64,000 nucleotides of DNA from Deltaproteobacteria bacterium. Lineage in GTDB: Bacteria; Myxococcota_A; UBA9160; UBA4427. Below, piece by piece: positions 1-11,559 of the stretch (position 1 is the first letter of the stretch; every line of letters begins with the position of its first letter). The position numbers and the translations under genes were made by a program. The notes beneath the pieces are model-generated. The model did no database searches. It was not told the DNA's origin and saw only the letters and a list, made by a program, of their open reading frames with translations. The stretch is from contig JAJDAN010000032.1 of assembly GCA_029261855.1 (NCBI GenBank), forward strand, positions 325,502 to 389,501. Direction: 5' to 3'.

Positions 1-176
1 TCTATCTGGTGGCGATCCTGTTCGTGGTCTTCGACGTCGAGGCCGTGTTCTTCTATCCGTGGGGCGCCACCTTCCTCGAGACCGGACTCCCGGGCCTCAC
101 CACCATCGCCATCTTCAGCGTTCCGCTCGTCGTGGGTCTCGTCTACGAGTGGAGCAAGGGTGCGCTCGAATGGTGA
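1..176 (+). CDS. nuoA: NADH-quinone oxidoreductase subunit A, C-terminal part (5' end lies outside the window)
   Basis: Frame 3 reads YLVAILFVVFDVEAVFFYPWGATFLE...LVYEWSKGALEW with stop TGA at 174-176. FDVE..FFYPW and EWxKGALEW are the conserved NuoA/ND3 C-terminal motifs. It heads the nuo operon. Confidence 0.85.
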   Translation, partial: YLVAILFVVFDVEAVFFYPWGATFLETGLPGLTTIAIFSVPLVVGLVYEWSKGALEW

Positions 177-667
177 GTCCGGCGCCGCAGGATGGAGAAC
201 GGGTGATCGGCGAGACACTGCGTGCGCGCATCGACGCCGAAATCGCAAGGTTTCCCGTGAAGCGAGGGGGCCTGTTGGGTGCCCTTCACATCGTGCAGGA
301 AGGTCAGGGCTGCGTGTCCCTGGCGGCTTCGAAGGAGCTTGCGGCGATCTTCGACGTGTTTCCCGTCGAGGTCATCGAGCTGGTGCGCTTCTACAACTTC
401 TTCCATGAATCGCCTCGGGGACGCCACCAGGTCTACGTCTGTACCAACCTGCCCTGCGCGCTGCGCGGCGCGAACGTGCTGCTGAAAGGCCTCGAACAGC
501 ACCTGGGTGTCGGAGTCGGCGAGACCACCGCCGACGGTCGGGTCCACCTGGGCCGCGAAGAGTGCCTCGGCGCCTGCGCGAACGCCCCGATGATCCGCGT
601 GGGCGGCGTCTATCACGAAGACCTGGACCTGGCCGGCGCCTGTGCCGTGCTCGATGCCCTCGAGTAG
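170..667 (+). CDS. nuoE: NADH-quinone oxidoreductase subunit E (24 kDa, 2Fe-2S)
   Basis: ATG 170 overlaps the nuoA stop (ATGGTGA). 165 aa. YVCTNLPCALRG ... EECLGACANAPM gives the C-x4-C ... C-x3-C 2Fe-2S ligand pattern of NuoE. The part of ORF 59..667 upstream of 170 is out-of-frame nuoA sequence. Confidence 0.9.
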   Translation: MVSPAPQDGERVIGETLRARIDAEIARFPVKRGGLLGALHIVQEGQGCVSLAASKELAAIFDVFPVEVIELVRFYNFFHESPRGRHQVYVCTNLPCALRGANVLLKGLEQHLGVGVGETTADGRVHLGREECLGACANAPMIRVGGVYHEDLDLAGACAVLDALE

Positions 668-670
668 CCG

Positions 671-1971
<1,301 letters not shown>

Positions 1972-1975
<4 letters not shown>

Positions 1976-3555
1976 CCGAACGGGTCCGCATTCGCGTGGA
2001 TGACGTCGAGTACGAGGTGGATGCTGGTCGGACGGTGTTGCAGGCGCTCGACGACTGCGGGGCGCTGTTTCCCGAACGCGACGGCAAGCGTCCCGAGCAG
2101 ACGGACGCCCTCATCCCGCACTACTGCTGGCACCCGAAACTGTCCATCGATGGATCGTGCCGTCTCTGCCAGGTGGAGGTGCGGGCAGGCGCCGATGCCC
2201 CGCCGAAGCTCGCGATCGCGTGCAACACGCCGGTTTCCGAAGGTCTCGTCGTCGATACGAAGAGCGAGACGGTGGCCGCTGCGCGACAGGGTGTGATGGA
2301 GCTGCTGCTCATCAATCACCCCCTCGACTGCCCGATCTGCGATCAGGCCGGGGAGTGCAAGCTGCAGGACTACGCGTACACCCACGGGGTCGATCACGCG
2401 CGTACGCGCGAGCCGCGACGGAAGGCCAAGAAGCGCGTCGATCTCGGGCCGACCATCGTCTTCGACCAGGAACGCTGCATCTTGTGTCGTCGCTGTGTGC
2501 GTTTCTGCCGCGAGGTCACGGGCACGGGCGAGCTCGGTGTCTTCGACCGCGGCGATCGCTCGGTGCTCGAGACCTTCCCCGACGAGCCTCTCGACAACGC
2601 CTACTCGATGAACGTCGCCGATATCTGTCCGGTGGGCGCCCTCACCACCAAGGACTTCCGCTTCAAGATGCGGGTGTGGTTCCTCGAAGACGTGGACGGC
2701 ATCTGTACGGGCTGCTCGCGCGGCTGCAACGTCCACATCGGCGTCGCGAAGAACGCGGTGCAGCGCTACCTGCCGCGGCGCAACGACGCGGTCAATGGCA
2801 CCTGGATGTGCGACGACGGCCGCCTGTCCTACCACGAGATCGCACGGGAAGACCGTCTCACTACTTGTCTCGTTCGGGAGCAAGCGATTGGGGAAGACAG
2901 CCCGCAGCTGCGCCCGGCGAGCCTCGACGAGGCCGTCGCCGCTGTCGCCGCGCGCCTGCGCCCACTGCTCGACGCCAAGGGTCCCGGCGTGATCGCCGGC
3001 ATCGCATCCGCCCACGCCAGCAACGAGGACCTGCGGGCCTTCAAGACCTTCCTCGACGTGCTGGACGTCGACACCATTGGACTCGCGGTGGCCCGGGGCG
3101 ACTCGGACGACCTGCTCGTCGAAGCCGAGAAGGGAGCGAACGGAGCCGGTGCACGGGCGGTCGGCTTCGGCGCTCTCGCGCCCGTGGCAGATCGCATCCG
3201 AGGTGGCGGCATCGAGGCACTGATCGTGCTGGGCCACGATCTGTTCGCGGACGGCTCGCTCGACGCGCGTGCGCTCGCCGGTCTCGATACGGTCGTTGCC
3301 TTCGACACCCACCGTTCTCCCGTCGAGCGCGTGGCCCACGTCGTCTTCCCCGTGCGGCATGCGGCGGAGAAGGACGCCTCGTACACGAACAGCGCTGGGA
3401 TCGTGCAGCCGGTGCAGCGCGCGGTCGTGCCGGGACCCGAGGTCCGCGACGAGGGCGACTTCCTGCAGCGCATCGGGGCGGCGTTGGGCCTCGCGGGCTT
3501 CGAGACCGAGACCGAGACAGAAGCCGAATCCAAGGCCGGGGATGGCGCCGAATGA
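1972..3555 (+). CDS. nuoG: NADH-quinone oxidoreductase subunit G, short form (527 aa)
   Basis: ATG 1972 overlaps the nuoF stop (ATGA). Has CRLCQVEV (2Fe-2S N1b), HPLDCPICDQAGECKLQ (N5), CILCRRCVRFC..ADICPVGA (N4) and CTGCSRGCNV (N7-like). Ends in an acidic tail [17 protein letters not shown]. Confidence 0.9.
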
Positions 3556-4721
3556 TCCTCGTCGTCGCCAAGACGCTCTTCATCCTGATCGTCGTGACGT
3601 TGCTGTTCGCGCCCCTGATCACCTGGGTCGAACGCAAGCAGAGCGCCATCATGCAGGACCGCATCGGCGCCAACCGCGCGGACCTGGCGGGGATGACCTT
3701 CCTCGGTCTGCTGCACCCGGCCGCCGACGTCATCAAGCTGCTCAGCAAGGAAGATCTGGTGCCCGCCGGCGCCAACCGCTTTCTGCACGCGTTGGCGCCG
3801 ATCCTGTCCGCGGTCCCCGCCTTGATCGCGTTCGCGGTGATCCCCTACGGCGCGACCTACCGCTTCGGCGACACCACCTTCACCCTGGTCGCCGCCGACA
3901 TCGACTGGGGGGTGCTCTACCTGCTCGTGATCGGCAGCCTCGCCACCTACGGATCGGTTCTCGCGGGTTGGGCGAGCCGAAGCAACTGGTCGATGCTCGG
4001 CGCCATTCGCGCCACGGCGCAGATGATCTCCTACGAGGTCACGATGGGCCTCTCGATCGTCGGCATCTTCATGGTGTTCGGCAGCTTGAAGCTCACGGAC
4101 ATGGCCGTCGCCCAGGACACGACCTTCCGCGTGTTCGGCTTTCTCGATCTGTTCGCGTCGTTGCCGGCGGGCGCCGGCTGGTTGAACGCCATCCGTCTGC
4201 CGAACTGGGGGATCTTCCTGCAACCCCTGGCATTCCTGCTCTTCTTGACCTGCATCATGGCAGAGAACAAACGGCCGCCTTTCGATCTGCCCGAGGCCGA
4301 CTCGGAGCTGGTCGCAGGCTACTTCACCGAGTACTCGGGCATGCGCTTCGGTCTCTTCTACATGGCCGAGTTCATCGAGGTGGTGGTGATCGCGGGGGCG
4401 GTCGCGGCGCTCTTCCTCGGCGGTTGGGCAGTCCCGTACCTGTCCCAGGAGACGATCACCGCCGGCGTCGCCAGCCTCTTCGGCGAGGGATTCGCGAACC
4501 TCGTCTGCATGTTGATCCACGTGGGCTGCTTCTTCTCCAAGGTCGTCTTCCTGGTCTGGCTGCAGATGCTGATCCGATGGTCCTTCCCGCGCTTCCGCTA
4601 CGACCAGCTCATGGACCTGTGCTGGAAGGTGATCCTGCCGCTGTCCCTGCTGAACATCTTCCTCACTGCGGCCGGGATGCTGCTCGCTCAGCAGATCGCG
4701 CCCGGGGCGGCTGCCTCATGA
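3552..4721 (+). CDS. nuoH: NADH-quinone oxidoreductase subunit H
   Basis: ATG 3552 overlaps the nuoG stop (ATGA). 389 aa, polytopic. [18 protein letters not shown] and [38 protein letters not shown] are NuoH/ND1 signatures. The annotated ORF 2157..4721 is an upstream artefact extension. Confidence 0.95.
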   Translation: MILVVAKTLFILIVVTLLFAPLITWVERKQSAIMQDRIGANRADLAGMTFLGLLHPAADVIKLLSKEDLVPAGANRFLHALAPILSAVPALIAFAVIPYGATYRFGDTTFTLVAADIDWGVLYLLVIGSLATYGSVLAGWASRSNWSMLGAIRATAQMISYEVTMGLSIVGIFMVFGSLKLTDMAVAQDTTFRVFGFLDLFASLPAGAGWLNAIRLPNWGIFLQPLAFLLFLTCIMAENKRPPFDLPEADSELVAGYFTEYSGMRFGLFYMAEFIEVVVIAGAVAALFLGGWAVPYLSQETITAGVASLFGEGFANLVCMLIHVGCFFSKVVFLVWLQMLIRWSFPRFRYDQLMDLCWKVILPLSLLNIFLTAAGMLLAQQIAPGAAAS

Positions 4722-5236
4722 GCTTCGAGATGTTCCTCTTCTACGCGTTCGCGTTCCTGGCGGTCTTCTCCGCTGTCGCCATGATCGGCTTCGTCCGGCA
4801 CATCGTGGCCGCTGCCATGAGTCTCGTCGTGACCATGGTCTCGCTCGCGGGTATCTACGTGCTGATGCACGCCGAGCTGATCGCCGCCATCCAGATCCTG
4901 GTCTACGCCGGCGCCATCGTCGTGCTCTTCCTGTTCGTCATCATGCTGCTCGACCTGCGAGACGGCGGCCTCGGGCCGGCGGCCCGGGGTCAGAATCTCG
5001 TCAAGGCCGTGGGTGTCGGCGGCACCGTGACGATCGGGACGCTGGTCGTGGCCAGCGTGTCCGGAGTGTTCTCGGTGAATCCCCTGGTGGAAAGCCTTCC
5101 CGAGGGCTTCGGCGAGCACCGGGCGCTGGGCATCGCGCTCTTCACCGACTACGCGCTGGCCGTCGAGCTGGTCGGGCTCGTGCTGCTCGCTTCCATCGTC
5201 GGCGCCGTGATCCTGGCGAAGCGGAAGATCGATTGA
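4718..5236 (+). CDS. nuoJ: NADH-quinone oxidoreductase subunit J
   Basis: ATG 4718 overlaps the nuoH stop (ATGA). 172 aa hydrophobic protein ([23 protein letters not shown]...[21 protein letters not shown]), typical of NuoJ/ND6. Confidence 0.9.
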   Translation: MSFEMFLFYAFAFLAVFSAVAMIGFVRHIVAAAMSLVVTMVSLAGIYVLMHAELIAAIQILVYAGAIVVLFLFVIMLLDLRDGGLGPAARGQNLVKAVGVGGTVTIGTLVVASVSGVFSVNPLVESLPEGFGEHRALGIALFTDYALAVELVGLVLLASIVGAVILAKRKID

Positions 5237-5559
5237 GCATCCCCATCGAACACGTCATCAGCCTGTCGGCGCTGCTCTTCGTGATCGGCGTCGTGGGTGC
5301 GCTCACCCGGCGCAACCTGATCGTCATCCTGATGTCGATCGAGCTGATGCTGAACGCCGCGAACCTGGCCCTGGTCGGCTTCAACCGGGTGTGGTCGGTG
5401 ACCGCCGAGGGCGCCGCGCGATACGACGGCCAGGTGTTTGCACTGATGGTCATCGCCGTGGCGGCTGCCGAGGTCGCCGTAGGGCTCGGCATCCTGCTTT
5501 CGCTCATCCGCAACCGCGACAGTCTCAACGTGGACGACGCGAGTCTGCTGCGGTGGTAG
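5233..5559 (+). CDS. nuoK: NADH-quinone oxidoreductase subunit K
   Basis: TTG 5233 overlaps the nuoJ stop (TTGA). 108 aa with 3 TM segments. [16 protein letters not shown] carries the conserved membrane Glu of NuoK/ND4L. Confidence 0.9.
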   Translation: MSIPIEHVISLSALLFVIGVVGALTRRNLIVILMSIELMLNAANLALVGFNRVWSVTAEGAARYDGQVFALMVIAVAAAEVAVGLGILLSLIRNRDSLNVDDASLLRW

Positions 5560-5565
5560 TCGACC

Positions 5566-7635
5566 ATGCCTGCTGACCCGCAGTGGATCGAGGACGCGCT
5601 GCTGCGTTGGATCGTATTCGTGCCGCTCGGGACCGCGCTCGCGAGCGGTCTGCTGCTGGCAGTCTTCCGCCGCACCCTCTCCTCTTCGCTGGTGGTGTGG
5701 ATGTCCTGCGGGTCGGTCTTCGCGTCCTTCGGGCTGTCGAGTCTTTCCTTCGCGAAGCTGGTGGGGCTGTTCGGCGAAGTCCCCGTCGACGACGTCCCCC
5801 CGAGAGTCCTGATCGACACCCTCTATACCTGGGTCGGCGTCGGCGTCGGCAACAGCGCCTTCAGCGCAGACCTGGCCTTCCGCTATGACGCGCTGTCCGC
5901 GGTCATGTGTCTCGTGGTGACGGGCGTGGGCTTCCTCATCCACGTCTACTCCGTGGGTTACATGCGTGCAGACACCCGGGACGACGGCGGCCTGCAGCGC
6001 TTCTTCTGCTACCTGAACCTCTTCATTGCAGCGATGCTGGTGCTCGTCCTGGCGGACAACCTGCTGCTGATGTTCCTGGGCTGGGAGGGGGTCGGGCTGT
6101 GCTCCTACCTGCTGATCGGCTTCTGGTACGGCGATCGCCAGAACGCCTACGCGGGCAGCAAGGCCTTCATCGTCAACCGCATCGGTGACTTCGGCTTCAT
6201 CGTGGGCATCCTGCTGCTCTTCTGGTCCATGGCCGACGCGGGCCAGCCCGCGGTTTCGTTCCGCGCCATCGAGGCGGGCTTCGGCAGCGTGGCGTCGCAG
6301 ACCCTCGCCCTGCCGGGTTGGTTGGGGGGCGGGGAGATCGGCCTCGCGACCTCGATCGGGCTCTGCTTCTTCCTGGGTGCCGTCGGGAAGTCGGCGCAGC
6401 TGCCGCTCTTCGTCTGGCTGCCCGATGCGATGGCCGGCCCGACCCCGGTCTCGGCTCTGATCCACGCCGCGACGATGGTGACCGCCGGCGTCTACATGGC
6501 GGTTCGGCTGTCCTTCCTCTACGAGGCGGCGCCGGGGGCGCTGGTGGTGATCGCCTGGACGGGCGGCGTCACAGCGGTCTTCGCGGCACTGCTCGCCACC
6601 GCGCAGAACGACATCAAGAAAGTGCTTGCGTACTCGACCATCTCGCAGCTCGGGTACATGTTCCTGGCGGTGGGATGCGGCGCCTATGCGATCGCGATCT
6701 TCCATCTGGTCACCCACGCCTTCTTCAAGGCGTTGCTCTTCATGGGAGCGGGTGCCGTCATCGTCGCGACCCACCACGAGCAGGACATGCGGCGGATGGG
6801 CGGTCTGCGGAAGAAGCTGAAGCTGACCTACTGGGTGATGGTCGCCGGGGTGCTCGCGATCTGCGGCTTCCCGGGCTTCTCCGGCTTCTTCTCGAAGGAC
6901 GAGATCCTGACCTCGGTCTTCTTCGCCCACGAGCTACCCGGTCACGTGGCGCTCTACTGGATGGGCGTGGCGACGGCCGGACTCACCGCCTTCTACATGT
7001 TCCGTCTGCTCTTTCTCACCTTCCACGGCAAGACCCGGCTGCCGCGAGGACGGCGCGGCGAGCTCGACGATCCGGAAGACACGATGATGTGGCCACTCCA
7101 GATCCTGGCGGTGCTGGCCGTGTTGGGCGGCATCATCGGGTTGCCGCAGTTCTGGGGAGACCGGATCGGGGTCGCCGAATCGAACAGTCTCGGCCACTTC
7201 CTGGCCTCGGTGGTCCGTCTCGGAGAGCCGCACGCCCTCGATGCCGGCGTGGTCGCCCAGCTGGTCGGGGGAGTCCTCGCGGCGTCAATCACCGGCTTCG
7301 GCCTCGCCTACGTGCTCTACATCTCGCGCCCCGGGTTGCGCGAGAAGCTCGAGCCGGTGCTGGGCGTGCCGCGTCGCGTCGTCGCCCGCCGCTTCTACGT
7401 CGACGAGCTATACGACGCCGTGTTCGTCCGCCCCCTGGTGATCTTCTCGGACCGCGTCCTCTCGCGCGGTATCGACGCGGGCTTGATCGATGGCCGGCTG
7501 GTGATGGGCTCGGCGCACGCGGTTCGCGGGCTGGCCGCTCACGTGCTCAAGCATCTCCAGTCCGGGCTCGCCCAGGCCTACCTGCTGCTGATGCTGGCAG
7601 GGACCGTCGCATTGCTCGCGTATCTGGTGACCTGA
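5566..7635 (+). CDS. nuoL: NADH-quinone oxidoreductase subunit L
   Basis: 689 aa antiporter-like subunit. Has LLMFLGWEGVGLCSYLLIGFWY and GKSAQLPLFVWLPDAMAGPTPVSALIHAATMVTAGVY, plus a long C-terminal extension as in NuoL/ND5. Confidence 0.95.
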   Translation: MPADPQWIEDALLRWIVFVPLGTALASGLLLAVFRRTLSSSLVVWMSCGSVFASFGLSSLSFAKLVGLFGEVPVDDVPPRVLIDTLYTWVGVGVGNSAFSADLAFRYDALSAVMCLVVTGVGFLIHVYSVGYMRADTRDDGGLQRFFCYLNLFIAAMLVLVLADNLLLMFLGWEGVGLCSYLLIGFWYGDRQNAYAGSKAFIVNRIGDFGFIVGILLLFWSMADAGQPAVSFRAIEAGFGSVASQTLALPGWLGGGEIGLATSIGLCFFLGAVGKSAQLPLFVWLPDAMAGPTPVSALIHAATMVTAGVYMAVRLSFLYEAAPGALVVIAWTGGVTAVFAALLATAQNDIKKVLAYSTISQLGYMFLAVGCGAYAIAIFHLVTHAFFKALLFMGAGAVIVATHHEQDMRRMGGLRKKLKLTYWVMVAGVLAICGFPGFSGFFSKDEILTSVFFAHELPGHVALYWMGVATAGLTAFYMFRLLFLTFHGKTRLPRGRRGELDDPEDTMMWPLQILAVLAVLGGIIGLPQFWGDRIGVAESNSLGHFLASVVRLGEPHALDAGVVAQLVGGVLAASITGFGLAYVLYISRPGLREKLEPVLGVPRRVVARRFYVDELYDAVFVRPLVIFSDRVLSRGIDAGLIDGRLVMGSAHAVRGLAAHVLKHLQSGLAQAYLLLMLAGTVALLAYLVT

Positions 7636-7636
7636 G

Positions 7637-9283
7637 ATGCTCGGTCCCTACGTCGACGCGTACCTCATCAGCTGGGTGGTCTTCCTGCCCCTGGCCTCCG
7701 GGCTGCTACTGCTCGTCGCGAATTCCGTCGCGGGCTTCCTGCTGCGTTCGAACGGCCTGCCGAAGGTGGTGTGGCAGGTGATCGCCATGAGCAGCACCTC
7801 GCTCACCTTCGTGGCCTCGTTGTTCGGTCTGTGGGGACGCTTCGACCCGGAGGAGACCGGCTACCAGCTGGTCGAGCGCGTCGCGTGGCTTCCCGACTAC
7901 GGCATCCACTACTTCGTGGGAGTCGACGGGATCAGTCTGGTCCTGGTGCTGCTCACGAGCTTTCTGATGCCCGTCGTACTGCTTGCGTCCTGGAACGAGA
8001 TCGACCGCTGGTCGCGTTCCTACCTCTTCTTCATGCTCGCGCTCGAAACCGCCATGCTGGGGACCTTCGTGTCCCTGAACCTCTTCCAGTTCTACGTGCT
8101 GTGGGAAGTGATGATGATCCCGATGCTCTTCATCATCGGCATCTGGGGGGGACCCCGTCGGATCTACGCGGCGACGAAGTTCTTCCTCTTCACGGTGAGC
8201 GGCTCGTTGCTGATGTTGGTCGCCCTGGTGATCGTCTACCGCATGAACTTCGAGCAGGGGGGCGCCCTCAACTTCGATCTGGTGCGCTTCGTGGGGCACG
8301 CCCCGGTGCCGGGCGTGCCGCTGCTGGACACGGTGATCCCCGCGACGACGGAGTCCGGCGCGCCCTGGTGGCAGACCCAGCTTTGGCTGTTTGGTGCGTT
8401 CGCCCTGGCATTCGGCATCAAGGTCCCGATGGTGCCGTTCCACACCTGGTTGCCCGACGCCCACGTCGAGGCGCCTACGGGCGGTTCGGTGATCCTCGCC
8501 GGCGTGTTGCTGAAGATGGGCGCCTACGGATTCTTGCGCTTCGCGCTACCGCTCTTCCCGGACGCGGCGCTTGCCTGGGCGCCGTGGATGACGGGGCTCG
8601 CCCTGGTGGGGATCGTCTACGGCTCGCTGGTCGCCATGGTGCAGCGCGACGTCAAGAAGCTGGTCGCCTACTCGTCCATTGCTCACCTGGGCTTCGTGAT
8701 GCTCGGCGTCTTCGCGCTGAACCTGCAGGGGGTGACCGGCGCCGTGCTGCAGATGGTGAACCACGGCCTCGCCACGGGCGCACTCTTCGTCCTCGTTGGC
8801 TTCATCTATGCCCGGAGACGCACCCGGGAGATCGCCGACTTCGGCGGGCTCGCGCGTCCGATGCCCGTCTTCGCGGCGCTGCTCGGGTTCGTGGTCATGG
8901 CCAGCATCGGGTTGCCGGGACTGGGCGGCTTCGTCGGCGAGTTCCTGATCCTGCTCGGCAGCTTCGGCGCGGATCCCTGGGCGGCGGTGATCGCGACGAC
9001 GGGAGTCGTGCTCGCCGCGGCGTACATGCTCTGGATGTACCGGCGCGTGGTCTTCGGCCCCCTCGACAAGCCCGAGAACCGCGGCCTGATCGATCTCGAC
9101 CTGCGAGAGCGGGTCGCGGTCGGGCTGCTCGCCCTGCCGATCGTGTGGATCGGTGTGAACCCCTCGCCGCTGCTGCGACGCATCGAGCCGTCCGTGAGCA
9201 TCCTGCTCCAGGAAATGGAGCTGCGTCGTTCGCATGACGAGATCCCGTCGGCCTTCGAAGCGCGAAGCCAGGAGCTGCCCTGA
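7637..9283 (+). CDS. nuoM: NADH-quinone oxidoreductase subunit M
   Basis: Starts 1 nt after the nuoL stop. 548 aa. VLWEVMMIPMLFIIGIWGG and KVPMVPFHTWLPDAHVEAPTGGSVILAGVLLKMG are NuoM/ND4 signatures. Confidence 0.95.
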   Translation: MLGPYVDAYLISWVVFLPLASGLLLLVANSVAGFLLRSNGLPKVVWQVIAMSSTSLTFVASLFGLWGRFDPEETGYQLVERVAWLPDYGIHYFVGVDGISLVLVLLTSFLMPVVLLASWNEIDRWSRSYLFFMLALETAMLGTFVSLNLFQFYVLWEVMMIPMLFIIGIWGGPRRIYAATKFFLFTVSGSLLMLVALVIVYRMNFEQGGALNFDLVRFVGHAPVPGVPLLDTVIPATTESGAPWWQTQLWLFGAFALAFGIKVPMVPFHTWLPDAHVEAPTGGSVILAGVLLKMGAYGFLRFALPLFPDAALAWAPWMTGLALVGIVYGSLVAMVQRDVKKLVAYSSIAHLGFVMLGVFALNLQGVTGAVLQMVNHGLATGALFVLVGFIYARRRTREIADFGGLARPMPVFAALLGFVVMASIGLPGLGGFVGEFLILLGSFGADPWAAVIATTGVVLAAAYMLWMYRRVVFGPLDKPENRGLIDLDLRERVAVGLLALPIVWIGVNPSPLLRRIEPSVSILLQEMELRRSHDEIPSAFEARSQELP

Positions 9284-10806
9284 TGGAAGCCGAAGCCTTC
9301 GACGTCGCCGCCCTGGCGCCGCTGGGGTTCGTGGCCATTGGCGCGCTGGTGACGCTGATGCTCGAGGTCGTACTTTCGCGGCGGGCCTTCGTCGGGGAAG
9401 GTGTCGATCCCGAGACACGCCTCGTGGCCCGTGCCCGCATCGGCATCGTGCTGGCCTTCGCTTCGAGCGCGGCGATCGTGCTCGCCATGTACGCAGCGAT
9501 CTACCAGTTCGAGCTCGGGTTCGAGACGGCCTTCGGCCCCGGTCGCCCGATGCTGCAATTGGACGCGCTCTCGACCTTCGCGACCGCTCTGATCGGACTC
9601 GGCGCGCTGCTCAGTGTGTGGCTGTCGATCACCTATCTGCCCGCGCTCCGCATCAATCACGGCGAGTACTATGCGCTGCTGCTGCTGTCGACCGCGGGGA
9701 TGTTCGTGCTGGTCTCGGCGGTGGACCTCATCTCCCTGTATCTGGGTCTCGAGCTGACCAGTCTGCCGATCTACGCGCTCGCCGGCTTCAACCGACGCAG
9801 GCTTCGCAGCAACGAGGCGGCGCTCAAGTACTTCCTGATGGGCGCTGTCGCGAGCGCCGTCCTGCTCTACGGAATGGCGCTCCTCTACGGGGCGACGGGG
9901 CACACGGACTTTACGGGCATCAGCCAGGGCTTCGCGGGGGGCGGTGGTCTGGCGCTCTCCGGGCTCGCGCTGGTCATTGCCGGCCTCGCCTTCAAGGTGT
10001 CGGTGGTTCCCTTTCATCAGTGGACGCCGGACGTCTACGAAGGCGCGCCGACCTCGGTCACGGCGTTCATGGCCGTGACCGTGAAGACCGCTGGCTTCGT
10101 GGTGCTGATGCGCTTCCTGGTGCTCGCGCTGCCCGAGATGGGCGAGAAGGTCTCGGTGCTGCTCGGAGTGCTCGCGGGGCTTTCGATGCTGATCGGCAAC
10201 CTGATGGCCGTCGTCCAGGACAACGTGAAGCGCATGCTCGCGTACTCGGCGGTGGCGCACGCCGGCTACCTGATGGTGGGCTTCGCGGCGGGCACGCCAG
10301 AAGCCTGGACCGCGGTGCTCTTCTATCTCTTCGTCTACCTCTTCATGACCGTCGGCGTCTTCTGCGTCGTGATCGCTCTCGCACAGGGAGGGCGCGAGTG
10401 GGACTCGATCGAAGATTTTGCGGGTCTCGCGTCCCAGCGTCCGGCCCTCGCGGCCGTCATGACCCTGTTCCTGCTGTCACTCGCCGGCATTCCCGGCACC
10501 GCGGGCTTCATGGCGAAGTTCTATCTGGTGGTGGCCGCCGTCGACGCCGGACAGATCGCGCTCGTCCTGATCCTCGTCGGAACGAGCATGGTGTCCTTCT
10601 TCTACTACCTGCGGCTCCCCGTCGTGATGTACATGCAGAAGCGACGCCAGGACCCGGACGCGGAGACCTCGTCGAGCGAGATCGTCGTGCTGGCTCTGTG
10701 CGCCGCAGCGATCCTCTACTTCGCGTTCTTCGCCCAGGCGGACCCCTTCGGGACCGGCGTGCGGGCGCTGGATGTGGCGGGCCGGGCGGCGGATTTCCTG
10801 CACTGA
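9283..10806 (+). CDS. nuoN: NADH-quinone oxidoreductase subunit N
   Basis: ATG overlaps the nuoM stop (TGATG). 507 aa. GLAFKVSVVPFHQWTPDVYEGAPTSVTAFM is the NuoN/ND2 signature. Confidence 0.95.
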   Translation: MEAEAFDVAALAPLGFVAIGALVTLMLEVVLSRRAFVGEGVDPETRLVARARIGIVLAFASSAAIVLAMYAAIYQFELGFETAFGPGRPMLQLDALSTFATALIGLGALLSVWLSITYLPALRINHGEYYALLLLSTAGMFVLVSAVDLISLYLGLELTSLPIYALAGFNRRRLRSNEAALKYFLMGAVASAVLLYGMALLYGATGHTDFTGISQGFAGGGGLALSGLALVIAGLAFKVSVVPFHQWTPDVYEGAPTSVTAFMAVTVKTAGFVVLMRFLVLALPEMGEKVSVLLGVLAGLSMLIGNLMAVVQDNVKRMLAYSAVAHAGYLMVGFAAGTPEAWTAVLFYLFVYLFMTVGVFCVVIALAQGGREWDSIEDFAGLASQRPALAAVMTLFLLSLAGIPGTAGFMAKFYLVVAAVDAGQIALVLILVGTSMVSFFYYLRLPVVMYMQKRRQDPDAETSSSEIVVLALCAAAILYFAFFAQADPFGTGVRALDVAGRAADFLH

Positions 10807-10863
10807 TCCGGTGTTAGGTGATAGGATCCGGGGGCCCTGGGAGGGCAACCCGGAGGTTCGACC

Positions 10864-11538
10864 GTGATTCGCCCTAGCGTCTTGCTGACCCTGTGTCTCT
10901 CGCTTCTCCTTGCTTGTCCCGCCCTCGCTGCTTCGATAACTCCCGTCGGTCAGGATCGCTACTTCCGCGAAATCTGGTTCGATGGCGAGGTCCCGGACAC
11001 CGTCGTCGAGGCCCAGGACTTCGCGCCCTTCGTCGTGACCAACAGGCACGATTCATCGATCGGCGCGACGCTGCTGCAGGCCGATCTCGCCGCCTCGGGA
11101 AAGGCGCCGGACATCTTCTCCCAGGCGAATCAGACGTCGCAATACCTGGTCGACTTCGATCTCGACGACGACGCGCCCTATCAACTCTCGGGTGAGATCT
11201 TCAACTACACCAACGTGAGCGCCGGAGCGGACGGCGGCGGGTTCGTTCGCCTCCAATCCTACGACGACATGACGATGCTGTTCAGTGATCTCGTCATCTA
11301 CCATGCGGTGGGCGACAACGACGCGCCGTACGAGTCCTTCGACACTTCGGGCATTCTCCCCGCCGGTCGCTACCGGATGTGGGCGCGCGCGATCGGTGAG
11401 GGCGTCGACCACAGCGTGAACGGCCCGAGCACGGGGTCTGGCAGCTTGAACTTCGAGTTCAGCATCGTTCCAGAGCCGGGCGCGGCCGTGCTCGGGGGGA
11501 TCGGGCTGCTGATGCTCGCCTTCTGGCGGCGACGCTAG
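10864..11538 (+). CDS. PEP-CTERM sorting-domain secreted protein (function unknown)
   Basis: GTG start 7 nt after GGAGG. Signal peptide MIRPSVLLTLCLSLLLACPALA/AS. The C-terminus ...FSIVPEPGAAVLGGIGLLMLAFWRRR* has a canonical PEP motif, TM helix and Arg cluster. Confidence 0.75.
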   Translation: MIRPSVLLTLCLSLLLACPALAASITPVGQDRYFREIWFDGEVPDTVVEAQDFAPFVVTNRHDSSIGATLLQADLAASGKAPDIFSQANQTSQYLVDFDLDDDAPYQLSGEIFNYTNVSAGADGGGFVRLQSYDDMTMLFSDLVIYHAVGDNDAPYESFDTSGILPAGRYRMWARAIGEGVDHSVNGPSTGSGSLNFEFSIVPEPGAAVLGGIGLLMLAFWRRR

Positions 11539-11559
11539 AGGGCCGCGTCAGAGCCGTGC

